Source of the DNA: Paecilomyces variotii
Taxonomy: Eukaryota
Direction: 5' to 3' (one strand)
Assembly: GCA_004022145.1 (NCBI GenBank)
Contig: RCNU01000001.1
DNA: 64,000 nt
Of this stretch, positions 1 to 11,939 are shown in pieces (position 1 is the first letter of the stretch; each line of letters begins with the position of its first letter). The translations under genes and the position numbers were made by a program. A model generated the notes under the pieces. The model did not search any database and was not told the origin of the DNA. It worked only from the letters and a program-made list of their open reading frames with translations.

Positions 1-220
1 TATTAATGATTCCTTCACGGCCACGTTGTTGTGGGTCTTCCTTGGGAGCTTTGATGGGTTGTCTGGCTTCTTAGAGAGCCTGTGAAGATATCTTTCAAAC
101 ATGAACAGCAATGATATGGGAAACCCACACTTCTAAAAAGCCTTGCGCGTCTTCCACATCCACCGCGGTTGGCGGTAGGCGTGGGATGCGGAAATCTGCA
201 ACAGATGCTCGGGTGCGGGA
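1..220 (-). CDS. Possible partial spliced gene or gene remnant of unknown function, running off the window edge
   Basis: A minus-strand GTGGGT...CACAG intron at ~128-80 joins two open segments into ...SRTRASVADFRIPRLPPTAVDVEDAQGFLEV|LSKKPDKPIKAPKEDPQQRGREGIIN. No recognisable domain. Confidence 0.3.
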
Positions 221-1259
221 CTAAGGCTGGTCTTGGTCTATCTGCTCTAGTCTGACCAAGACCTAGTGATGGCCCACCAGCTTTCCGGCAGTAGGAAAGA
301 CCTTGAAATAGATATAAGACCAGAACTCACATGGATCATATATCATCGGGGATCTATCCTGGAGTTCAAAATGTTATTTGGGTTGACAGGTGGATCGATA
401 GCGGGCCGAAGTGCTGTCGCTCCCGTAGTCAGGCAGAGTTTAATTATTGTTTAAAGTTGCTCTCCGCCATCCAGCTGCAAAGAGCAAAGTTAACTAGATC
501 TCAAGTCTCGAATAAAGTTTATGCGACTGGGTGGCTATGAACTTATCTCGTGTTTCGTGGTCCTGCAGTTTTTCTACCTGTAATCCTTCGTCCCAACGGA
601 ATCTGTACTTTATACATTATCTTCCTTCCGGTAAGGCATTATAGTAATAATTCTCAAAAGACCATTGTGCAGGCGATATCAGTAATTAGACATACAATGG
701 TAGAATAGAATCTACAGAAATATCCACAATGATAGATTCTGATAAACAATGTTCAGAATATACCAGAATTTATGTTGTCCCATAAAGCTGCAGTAAACAT
801 AGTTTTAATTATGCTTCATAAATGATCATATAAGTTAATATGCTATACATAAACATGCAAGCGCTTGTAAAATTATAAAGAGAAATGCTGACTATTAGCA
901 AAAGCCTTTCAGTACTGATGGGATTATGAGGTAGAAGCATGGCATCGCAGGGTAATCTGATGCAATGTTATTGATGTGCTACTGATCACAGCAGTCATAT
1001 TCACACACTGTATATTCATTCAACCTAGTTCATAATATTAGGCAGATACCGCTATCTAGAGAGCTCGCCTCTATATTCACCAACTTACCCTCTCCATCTT
1101 CTTCTTATAAGGCTGACCTCTTTCTCCGCCATCTTTCTCCTTTGCAACGACCACCACCATCAAGGCCTGAGAGTGCCCTGAATCATCTAGGGATCTACTA
1201 AGAGTCTATGCAGTCTCCTCTACCAACAGCATTCCTCTACAACGAGCATCCGTGGCCAC

Positions 1260-1632
1260 ATCGCTCCTGATCCTGCTTCGGCAGGGACTATGGTATATTT
1301 CTAGTTATATCTGGTGGCCTCCTATGATTCTCATTCTTACAAACTCTAGTATATGTTATATAGTGCCCTTTCGCTAGCAAGATATATCTCCCATTTATAC
1401 GAAAACTTTCGAATGTCACATAGATGGATGGGTTATAGGACTTCATTTGGAACAGGTCTTGGCCCAGTGAACGGGTACATAACTCGTCCTCAGGCAATTT
1501 ATAGCAGGTAGTAAGCGGGGGGTTACAGACTTCCACGCCTTTGACTCGCTGCGAGAAACGGCGACTACTTCTCGATCATGCAATGCTAGCCTGCCAGAGT
1601 CTAAACACAGAACAAGCTCTAGAGAGATGGAC
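1260..1632 (+). pseudogene. Heavily decayed paralogue of the 10514-11140 PD-(D/E)XK-like gene
   Basis: Residual translation GYITRPQ / GSKRGVTDFHAF / YFSIMQC* / KL*RDG aligns with YITRPQ / GGKRWFTDFHTF / YFLITQCK / AL*RDG at ~10720-10885. Shared DNA words TTACAGACTTCCA and GCTCTAGAGAGATGGA. Several stops and frameshifts. Confidence 0.65.
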
Positions 1633-2205
1633 ACTTTTTTCTTTTTCTTTTTTTTCCCTTTAACACACTGATTAGACGAATTCACTGGCTACCCTGCAGT
1701 CTGAGCGGATATATTGATCCAACGTACCCTTGTTGGGGAATCCGGTTCCCTAAGACCCCAGGTACAATGATCTAGACCTGTCCCCTATCATGAGAGATAG
1801 CGAAGACGCTCCCTTGTTCATAGGGAAAATACTTTATATGCCATGGTATACCATCGCAACCTCACCTCCACATCGGCCCGTCCCGATAGAACCAAGACAT
1901 CTTCTACACGTTCCAGTGGGGGTTCTCCAGGATGCCTATCACGAACCTGTTACCGAGGCTGATGTCATCAGGAAGAGAGGAACCATTGAGAGTTATCGTG
2001 AACAAAGCTAACAAGACCTTGAAGACATATTACATCGGAGAGTCATGTCATGCTGTTCCGTCTGATGCCTAATGCATTCCTCATTATCACCAGGTCAACA
2101 TGACATCATTGACCAGGCACCGATTTGGAACTTCTCTTGAAGAAAGCCTTCAGCTGTGATCCTGTCAGCTTATTCCACTATTCTACAGCCAATACGAGTG
2201 ACAAA

Positions 2206-3551
2206 ATGCCTATCAACAGACTTCGCCGGAGACTTCCCTCACCGTATGACCCGGAGCTTTGTTGTGTATTATGTGGACTCGTCGTTCCGATGAGCACGGA
2301 GGATCCCGACGTGACGCACGAACGTGAGGACTGGAAAGCGATGGCTGAGAAAGTACGGCGACGCAAAAGGCGGCGATACTTAGAAAGTAAAAGCCTCATC
2401 GTGCCAGCGATCGATTTCGAAAATGTAGAGTTCAGAAAGAATCCTCCCCAGTGGTTATGTTTTTACCGAACAAGTTAAGACCTGTCCCTTTCGTTGGTTA
2501 GCCATCATTATATCTGGGCAATTGACAAAGCAAGGAGCTGCTGTATAGCTAAACTGTATATTGCTGTATCTTAGTTCTCGATGACCCGAAAAAGAACCAA
2601 CTGCGCATTTCCGGAATATCTAGGGGCTATTTCGGGGAGTACGCCTACCCAACACCAATTGATCCCGACAGGGCCCAGATTTGGGGCGGGGCTCTCAGAG
2701 AAAATCGATGGAATGCAGATTTCCATATGGCTAATCTGCTCGAGCCAGATTGGAACAGGCAAGCAGGAGAGCGCATTGGCTATCCCATACATGTGCACTG
2801 TTGGTTGCTTCTCGACCGGTTTATCGGACATGCCATCGTCAAGCAGAATCTGAGGCTTTTTGTTCAAGTTATTGAGGAATTCTGGAAGGCGAATAGGAAA
2901 GAGTGGGCAGTCTGGATACTTCACTTTCCGGGTAGTCGTGATCCTGACATTGATGACTGCTACGAAAAAGGTGTACATTGGCTTAAGCGACAATCTGATC
3001 CTACGAAACCTATGAAGATCAGAGGAAGACATGGAGATGAAGAACCGGGCACAACACACTGGCCAGCGAACCCACTTAGGATCCTCGACATACAAAAACT
3101 GATCGAGCGGGTTACTCAAAGTCATGACACTGTCATGAAGCCTGATATTCGGAAACCGCGCCGTCTCGGAAAAGCCGCCGATCTCCCCCTGGATATTGCA
3201 GTCGTTATCATTGATATAATCTATAAATCTCAGCCTCATTCTCGGGAGAGAATTGAAGATACGCGCAATATCCTGGATGCCTTCGAGTGGAAATTACCCA
3301 ATGCATACTGGCAGTCACGGTGCAATCCTGAACTCGTGTTTGAAGTAGGTGATCTTATTAAGGCAGAGCATATAGTTGACTGGGCCAACTTCTGCCTTGG
3401 ATTGGAGGAACTGCTGTTAGATGAAGACTGGTACTGCAACAGTGGATTGAACAACCGCGGTCGAACGTTGAAATTGATTGCTGCCATCAAGGAGCGGTTC
3501 GACAAAGCGATAAAGCAGGAAAATGGAATTGTGGGGCAGCATAACGGATGA
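2206..3551 (+). CDS. Fungal hypothetical protein with F-box-like motif (2 exons)
   Basis: ATG at 2206. Intron ~2473-2574 (GTTAAG...CTTAG) fuses ORFs 2125..2478 and 2727..3551 in frame. Has N-terminal CCVLCG, GYPIHVHCWLLL and an F-box-like LPLDIAVVIIDII motif. Confidence 0.7.
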
Positions 3552-4757
3552 TATCTCTATTTCCTTTTCTTAGGATTATCTACCTTTTCGCTTGAAGGCC
3601 AGAGTCTACGGAGTTATTGGATATATAGACATTGTTTGTTGCCAATTCTTTTGTCTCGGGGCCTAGGATCAAGTAAAAAAAAAAAATGAAAGCTAAACAT
3701 TTTGTTTAGAGACTGATCTGGATTGCTAGACTACTATGTAGAGGATACCGAATCATATCGACTATTTATGCCCTAGGACTCGTGTGCGCTTGACTGTTGC
3801 CTTAAAACACTGCGTCTGCCACTGTATCAACGCATTTCCCCAATGCGGCCTGTCTGCTTTGATCTATGTCTGGTGGAGATAGGTGGCTTATGTTGTTTGT
3901 TCTATACCCTTTGTATCCTTTCTTGACGATGCACGTTGATATATGATCACGTGGCATAGTGTCTAAGTACCTTGTCGCCGTACTTGAGAGTCTAATCTTG
4001 CTGTGATCTTTACCCCTCCTCAGTTGGTCCAGATCAGGATCCCTCCGCGCAGGAAGTCCAGCTTGTCGTCGATAAGCGGTCACAGGCATCCGAATAACAT
4101 TCACGGTGATTTGCTCACCTCGAAGCGCCGGCAGCTCTGGGGGATTTCTGTCATCTCTCCGTTGACTCTTGAGAGGTTCAAAGATGTTGATCGATGCGGC
4201 CTTTGTCTAAAGATAGAACCCGGCGCTTGCAGATCGCCAATCATGACGGTTATCACAGACCCTCGAATAGCACCAACGCTTCTCTTGTTGTCTATTGGCC
4301 TTTACTATTCCCTGCTGTCCGCCAATGTTTCCTCACGGAGAGCAGAAGCGTGGGAAATGTGGCAACCACGGCGACGCGCCCGTTGGCCATCATGCCAATG
4401 ATGTTTCTATTTTTCCCAGTCATGGAGAATCTTGTCTCTCGCCCTCGTCTTGGCGTGGAGAAGGCTTGTCCATTATCATCTCAACAGCCTTGGTTGCTTT
4501 TAATATAATTGTCATCGAAATGGCTCCAGTTCTCTACTCGTGCTTTGTTAGTTTCCATCTTCCTGATTTTCGTTTCCTCTCCCGGGCGACGGACGGGGTC
4601 AGCTCATTCGTTTTGTTGTTTGGTTTCAATTTGTTTGATACATTTAGAATCCGTTGATCGGATATTCCATACATATCTGCGATACCCCTATTGTTTGAAA
4701 CGATTATACCTTGCATACATTTTCCATTTGAGACCGTTGTCCGCTGGTCGAGACGAC

Positions 4758-7711
4758 ATGGTTGATTCATACAATACCGTCATGACAGTCTCACCTTCCA
4801 CTCGGCAGGCCCGAGAGATGGTGCTTAATACAATAATTGAAGACATGCAAGTGACGCCATCCGCTACTCAAGGTACGTGCGACCTCGGTGGATGCCGTGA
4901 CAAATGACTAGTATTCTGATATTTTTATAAATGCTGGCCGGTTTCATCTTCAAGAACGCTAATTTGTACTTTTGCGCAGTCCCTGTGTCTACGGGATCTT
5001 CGAATTCGAATCACGAGCGGAAGCGCCAGGTTCGACACTTCGATGACCTCTATGATGCAACAGACAGCGAGACGGAATATGGAGATGGCTGTCCCTCCCG
5101 GCACAAGAGTCGCCCGGCCAAGCATGCGGTATCTTTGGTCAGGGGTCCTGTCAGTGCCGTAGGCAGTAGAAACCGGTACCCAAGACTCTCCATTCCTCCT
5201 GTCATCATGGGGTCTGCCATGGAGAGTAGACATAAGAAATCTTCTGTGCCTCCGACGCCACCAACGAAAATCCCGGTTTCCCCGGCTGTCCTGTCAATGT
5301 TGCCGCAATCTGTGCCTGCACTGCATGCGCCACCATCTCTCGACGGCAGTAGTGTCTCGTCTGATCAGATTTCGAATAACAGCACACCTGTAACGCCTGA
5401 AATACATGCTGCTCCTGAGTCTCAGTGGAACAGTCAGCATGTTCGAGTCGATTCAGACCCAGACATGGCTCAGAATACGGCACCCACGAATGTGTCCAAT
5501 CCAGATGTCAATATCGCTATCGAAGGTCGTCAGGAGGACTGGGAGCGTGTTATAGCAAGCTTTCCGCATATCCCAAGAGCTGTTGGGAATACGGTCTCGG
5601 AATCTGTCAACATCATAATTGATGGACCAATCGCTAGGACAGAATCACCATCTGAAAGCGGTGTTGCTCTCCCCGAAGGTGCAATGGCGACACTGCGTCA
5701 CATTCCACTCGATATCACACCGGATCCGTGGTCAGAAACTTCAGAGAACAATGACGAGATGTGGCAGTTGTCTGGTCCTTCTAGCCGGCCTAGAAGCGCA
5801 GATGATACTACCCCAGCGTCAAATTTGTCCGGTTATAGTTTCACAAACCTCAGCATCCCATCGCCGGGTGGCTTCTTCTCCTCTCTTGGCCCGAGGGCTA
5901 GACATACATGGTCTTTTCCCAAATGGAATAATACGCCTACATCAGATATGGCGGAGTATTTCTACATTGACCAAAGGAACGAGGGGGGTGGAGAGATTGT
6001 TGAACAGATAATAGAGTGTGGAGAGCGTGTGTCCGCCGACGATCAGCCCACGGCAAGGCAGTCGGCCTACAATCCACCGACAGCAATAAGAATCCCTTCA
6101 GATGCTACACCAGAGAGATCGGACTCATATGATGGTCCACTCAGTCCGGGGATCCAAAGCGTACAGGAAATCCTGAAGTCTGACAGAACCTATGAATACG
6201 ATGAATCATACGAGGAGGAACTCAAGAAGCGAGCACTAGCAAACCTTGATCGCACCAGTGTCTGGCTTGCAGCCCAGACTTCTTATCTTGCTGCGCTCCG
6301 TGACACAAATCCAGTTAATGAGGTAAACGAGGAGGCAGCCAAAGTTCATACTGACAACGACGCACTCTCTTCACCTGATGCTGCTCCTAAAAAGTCGGTG
6401 CGGTTCGCCGAGGCTGCAGCTGATACTACCATTCCACCGCCACCGAGTTCTGCTAACAAGGATTCCATATATTGGAAAGGATTCAAGTCAGTGCTAAGCC
6501 GAACCCGTCACTTGGATGCTTTCATTCACGGCAACGCCCGCTTCGATGCTGTCCAGTCTGTACGTCTTGGCCTTCCGGATCGCCATATTGATGGGTTGAT
6601 GGGAAAATACGAACTCATTGCCCATGAGCGTCCTCCATACAAGGGACCCTTCTCTCAGGCTCCACGAAACTCGGTGCTGGAGACTGTTCTGGCCGAGAAG
6701 GCCCAGTTCGCCAGGATCGAAAAGGAGCAGACGATTCTTTTCCAACTCTGTCAATCGATGTGGGCAATGGATGCTCTGCGCTATTTGAACGGAGGTAGTT
6801 TGATTTCGAGTCCCGCATCAAAACGCCTCTCGAAGGCCACTGCAAATCTTGGCAGCCCTGAAAGCGCTGGGAAACGTCGGATTAGAGTTTTGGATCTTGG
6901 TGGACAGTCCGATTGTGAATGGGCATGGCATCTAGCCAACGACTATCGCAACGTCAAGATCTACACTGTCGTCACCAAACAGCAAGCTGTCAACAATGGC
7001 ATTAAGGGCCCAGCAAACCATCGCACAGTATCCGTACCCTATTTATGGAAACTCCCTTTCCGCGATAACCAATTCGATATCATTTCAGCTCGTTCTTTGC
7101 ATGCTTTATTGAGGACAGAGAGCCCAATGGGCGAGACAATGGATGAATATGATCTTTGCCTAAAGGAGTGCTATCGCTGCCTGAAACCTGGAGGGTACCT
7201 TGAGTTTTTCGTCATGGATGCCGAGATCGCTCGAGCGGGCCCCTACGCCTCTGCTACCTCTATTGAATTCTCGTTCAATCTGAAGACAAGAGGATACGAC
7301 CCGAAAGCTACGAAGAGTTTTCTGACCCGGTTGCGGAGGGGCGCTTTCACCGATATCAAACGTGCCTGGATGTTCTTGCCTATGGGCGTGGAGCCGACGA
7401 AGCCAGAACCTCCTCGCGAAACACCTGAACCCCGTATACCCAGTCAAGTGCTCGAACAAGAGGCTGTTCAGGGCCCAGTGGGTAGTACCGCTGATATCGC
7501 AAGCATGACCGGCCTCCTGGGCGGATGGATGTGGGAGAAATGGTTGCTCAAGCTTCAGATGGAGATGGGACGAGGACGGGAAGGAGCCCTTGAAGGTATA
7601 GGCAGTGTGTTCGATGAGGGTCGGAAGAACGGCGCTGGATGGACTTGCCTTTGTGGATGGGCTATGAAGCCTAAGCGCCTACGAGAGGCAGAGGTCGCAG
7701 TGACACGATAG
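4758..7711 (+). CDS. Large protein with disordered Ser/Pro-rich N-terminus and C-terminal class I SAM-dependent methyltransferase (Methyltransf_11-like) domain
   Basis: ATG at 4758 and intron 4873-4979 (GTACGT...GCAG) lead into the 926-aa ORF. Motifs RVLDLGG, LPFRDNQFDIIS and ECYRCLKPGGYLEF. Confidence 0.85.
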
Positions 7712-7879
7712 CATGCTTTGCAGTTTTGATAAAACGGGGGATTAGTTAGGCTTGGAGCATCCTGCGTCTTCGAGGAGAGCCTATATATATATCTCAGAGA
7801 AATACAATCTCAATCATTTCAAATTTTTCTGGTTCATTTGGGGTTTATGATACGGGAAACACAGACAGCGTAGTAAAAG

Positions 7880-7906
7880 AAAAAAAAAAAAAAAAAAAAA
7901 AAAAAA
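7880..7906. repeat. Poly(dA) tract
   Basis: Uninterrupted A run of about 27 nt between the methyltransferase 3' end and the lsm2 promoter. Confidence 0.9.
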
Positions 7907-8200
7907 CTATTCTGTCTGGTGCTACACGCCAGTGAAGCTCTTCCCATTCTCTGAACTGTATACAGGTCACGTGAGGCAGCTCATCGCAGGTCCCGCTTAC
8001 CTAGCTAAACCGCATCCCGACATCCAAGTTAGTTACGCAGACTCGCAATTAAGTCTAAGAAAAGCTGCGCCTTTCGTCCTTCTCTACTGGACCGGTGCGC
8101 AGTACGGCATCTGATTGATCTATATCATTTTATGGGTGACGCGCTAGTCCCAAAACCTCGTTTTTGCTGCTCTCCACCCTTTCGCTGATTCCCCGCAACC

Positions 8201-8744
8201 ATGCTGTTCTTCAGGTAGGCCTTTCAACAGTCAGACTTCAATTGGATTGTGGCTCTACATCCTGCGTCCCTCGAGTTTGTTCTCCTTTTGGCTAACAGTG
8301 TTTATATCGCAGCTTCTTCAAGACCCTCACCAACCACACCGTCACCGTCGAGCTCAAGAATGACATCCGAATCCGCGGCACGCTGAAGTCCGTGGACCAA
8401 TACCTGAACATCAAGCTCGATGACGTCGATGTTCTCGATCTCGACAAGTACCCGCATCTCAGCTCCGTAAAGAATATGTTCATTCGTGGTAGTGTGGTGC
8501 GATATGTGGTGTTGCCGCAGGCGGAGGTCGACCGTGGGTTGTTGGAGGATGCGACGAGAAGAGGTGAGTTCGAGCTGGCGCTTTCATTCTCCTTCATTAT
8601 TGTTCGGAGTTGAAGCTCTCTGGGCCTATGTGGCTTGATTACATCGGCTTGTTTCCGTTTGGTGAAAAGGAAATTCGTTCCACAGTGCTAACTGCCTTTT
8701 CCGTGACTACAGAAGCCGCAAACCAGGCGAGCAAGGCTCGGTGA
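8201..8744 (+). CDS. lsm2: U6 snRNA-associated Sm-like protein LSm2 (3 exons)
   Basis: Spliced product MLFFSFFKTLTNHTVTVELKNDIRIRGTLKSVDQYLNIKLDD...FIRGSVVRYV...LLEDATRREAANQASKAR. Introns ~8215-8312 and ~8563-8712. Confidence 0.97.
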
Positions 8745-10513
8745 TGACATGCTTTGGACGGGAATGAAGGCGCTGTTTGTCGATACTGTTATTTTATAAC
8801 GAATGGATGAAATGTTCTAACGACACCGTCGTCTACAATTCATGGGTGTGTTGGAGAAGGCTCCTCAGGGACATATCACTGTCCTCATGACGACTTTATC
8901 CCAAGTGATATTGGGACAATAGAGGGTTGTCTTACGTGGTGTTGGTGGGCTGTGCTCTTGGATATGACTGCTGGGTGCTTTGGACATCGGGTCATACTGA
9001 AGCACAGATAAATCATCGCCTGCGTTATTATCTTGGAGCACACAACAGGGAGTATGCATTGAGATAACGCGAGAAATTACTTGGCTTAAACAGCCAATAT
9101 GGTCGATCTGATCGATCAGCCTTCTTTCCTCATATCAGTATGTCCGATCAGGAAAGCACGTGATATCGTGACCGGATTGATGCGATCATTTAGTGCCATT
9201 GAGAGTGTGAAAAAGACTGATTTTACGAGTATTGAGAATAGACGTTATCTGTAGGTATCTTGTTATACTTCTTCAATGCGATAGAATATTTATGATGTTT
9301 CTTCTTTTGCTTCTTGACCATTTAAAAGACATAGTTACTATATTTATCGAGCCTCGCCAATTTTACAGGAACTTCGAGCTAATTATACTCCAGAACCGTG
9401 CTGGCTCATATCTTGAGCAGTAAAATAACTCTTCCAGTTCGCGCACTTGGTGTTAAGGGTGTCTGTCGTATGTGATCTCCGACTCGCGTTCCAGGAGCTA
9501 CACCGCGAAATCCTCAGCCAAGCGATGCTTATGGTAGCGCATTAACCGGGCCCAAATAAATCAGTGATAAGATAAAAATAGTGAAGGATATGATCAGAAT
9601 ACTTACACCGGGATTATCTCAGTCTTTGAAGCAATGACTAGATAGCCGCTTGCGAGTAGCATGCTAATATCTCTTCGTGGCGGATTCACCAGATACAAAT
9701 TTTCGGGATTAACATTTCTATATCCCTGTCTCAATATGAAAATTACCGGGAGAAGAGTATAAATTGGATAGCTTGCGCAAATAGCGAGTTAATAGCCATG
9801 TAGACCACTGGTTAGCACCCGGCAGCTCGATCACACGCTGCTTCACTGTCCAGCCCTTAGCAACCTGCATAAGAGCCGGGTATTCTCGTTTCGTATTGAA
9901 GGATTTACTATTCATTATCCAAAATAATGCATGGCCAGTCACTTGGACACTGGCTGTTTTATTTATCCTGGAATCGGTAATTGTCGGAAACATCCATAGT
10001 CAAATGGTATTCCTTCACCAGGCCAGGCTAGATTCCGAAGAGCACTTATCACTGCACGGAGGTGCAAGTGATATAACAAGTGGTATGAGGGGTAATCTGC
10101 GCTCCTGGTGTATGCAGCAGGCTATATCTAAGCATATATTAACTAGCCCTCCTTGAATTAAGAACTCAGCTTCATCTTCCCTCATATCATCCTCCAGGCT
10201 TTTCCTATAATAACATTCCCCTGGAGGATAATGTTATATATCACTTGACAGCTGGAGAATGCATCAATAATGATATTGACTAAACGAAGCAGTTATTTGG
10301 ATATATCTACCCATAATCTTGGTGAATCAACCGGGACGACAATTGAGATAGGACAATAACTTTTCTACCTTTATATAAAAATAATCATTTACTCTGCTCC
10401 GTATACCGGGTTTATAAACCACCAGAACATTTATTCTTCGTTAGAAGAGTGCCTCTCTAAAATCCTAAAACGATCTACTCGAACTGCTCATTCCTAGGTA
10501 GTTTGGCATAACT

Positions 10514-11140
10514 ATGGCTGCCTTGAGACCCGCGGTAGTCGGAATTACGGTAAGTGTATCTATACGTGGCAAGTTTTCGTTGTACTTACTGTTTCTAGTA
10601 TATAGACTTCCCCGTGATTGCGGCAGAGATTCATGCATTGCACTCAAAAAGCTCCGAAGTGGATGTCAATACAATGTGGAATCATACTTAGCTTAACTGG
10701 GCTTCTGACCCGATGAAAGGGTATATATAACCCGGCCCCAAGATATGCAAAAGAAGTATGGCGGCAAGCGGTGGTTTACAGACTTCCATACCTTCGAGCT
10801 CCAGCAAAACAGGCGTATCTATTTTTTAATTACGCAATGCAAGGCAGCTAAAGGAGAAGGCGAAAGCGCGCTCTAGAGAGATGGAAGCGAGCAACTCCAA
10901 GCCTATTTGATAAACCAACACGGGAATAGGCCGGTGGCCCAGCGTACCCCGGTATACGGAATTCTTGCTGTTGGGAAGAGAGTGCGTTTTTTCCGTTATA
11001 ACGATACAAACCAGGCAATAGATGGATGGCGCCCCGGTGCTGCTTGGGCAGCAACCCACAATGACAAGGAATTTTACGATATTGTTGATGAGCCTCGCTT
11101 GGTGCAGTCGGCGCTTCGATTCATCCTTCAAAACCATTGA
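10514..11140 (+). pseudogene. Pseudogene of a fungal PD-(D/E)XK/restriction-endonuclease-like protein
   Basis: ATG at 10514 and a GTAAGT...TATAG intron precede LPVIAAEIHALHSKSSEVDVNTMWNH. After a frameshift the frame reads YITRPQDMQKKYGGKRWFTDFHTFELQQNRRIYFLITQCKAAKGEGESAL*RDGSEQLQAYL...VYGILAVGKRVRFFRY. In-frame TAG at ~10873. The family call is inferred from motif layout. Confidence 0.65.
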
Positions 11141-11939
11141 CGCTGGCGTTTTTGGGAAAGGGTAATTCGGGCACTAGCTGGTCTAGTGCCTCTGGAAAGA
11201 CATGTATGTAGCAAGAATAAAGGCGAAGAAGCAGCCATCATTATGCTGATTTGGTATCTTTTGTGCATTTCATATATGCGGTTCAACGTTGATCTTTCAA
11301 TCTGAAGAGCTCCGATTAGATATTGAGGACTAAGGCTCCTGAACTGCAACGCATTTCATCGACTGGACTAAGGAGTTACACGTTCAGTCCGACGCATCGA
11401 AGTATGGTATAGATAGGTAGGTACCTAGGTTATGTTGACCCGGTTCCAGGACGTACTCATACTCTGAGATTCTGGGTTATGGGTAGCAACACTGAAAAGG
11501 CAAGAAGTAGATGCATTTTAATTATGACATTTATCATTTTATCATTTATTCCCGTCAAGGTTTGCTTGGGCTCTGCTTTGAATGTGCCGGCAAGACATAG
11601 TAGTAGGTAGTTATCGAACGTGGACTACCCTCTTCGCATATGCCCGGATCGGGAAGTCACGTGATAGTGTGACTGGATTGTCGCGAGCTTCTCGCGGAGT
11701 CGCGTCTCCGGAACATAAACCACGAAGTTTTGTTTCTATATAAATTTTGGATATTTATTGATCAATCATGCCCTGCAATGTTTCATAATCCACGGGAGAA
11801 CCCTAGTCTCGCAGCTTCTCAAAACACCAAACTCTCTACCGGCCATCCTTCCACCCCGCCTCCATCCGATTCTCGTTCAGGACCGTGACAGAAATTCCTT
11901 CTATCGGTAGTGAAGACCCCATAACTGTTACGTCCCGAT

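Noticed and set aside
229-263. 10-bp inverted repeat GGTCTTGGTC/GACCAAGACC
   Set aside because: An isolated short hairpin in a probable intron, with no target-site duplication or second copy to suggest a MITE.
2571-3239. Long antisense or alternate-frame ORFs (e.g. 2571..3239, 13593..14159, 28459..29145, 62470..63069)
   Set aside because: They are shadows of well-supported genes and have no motifs of their own.
8563-8712. Relatively long second lsm2 intron as a possible snoRNA host
   Set aside because: No C (RTGATGA) and D (CTGA) box pair or H/ACA architecture is visible.
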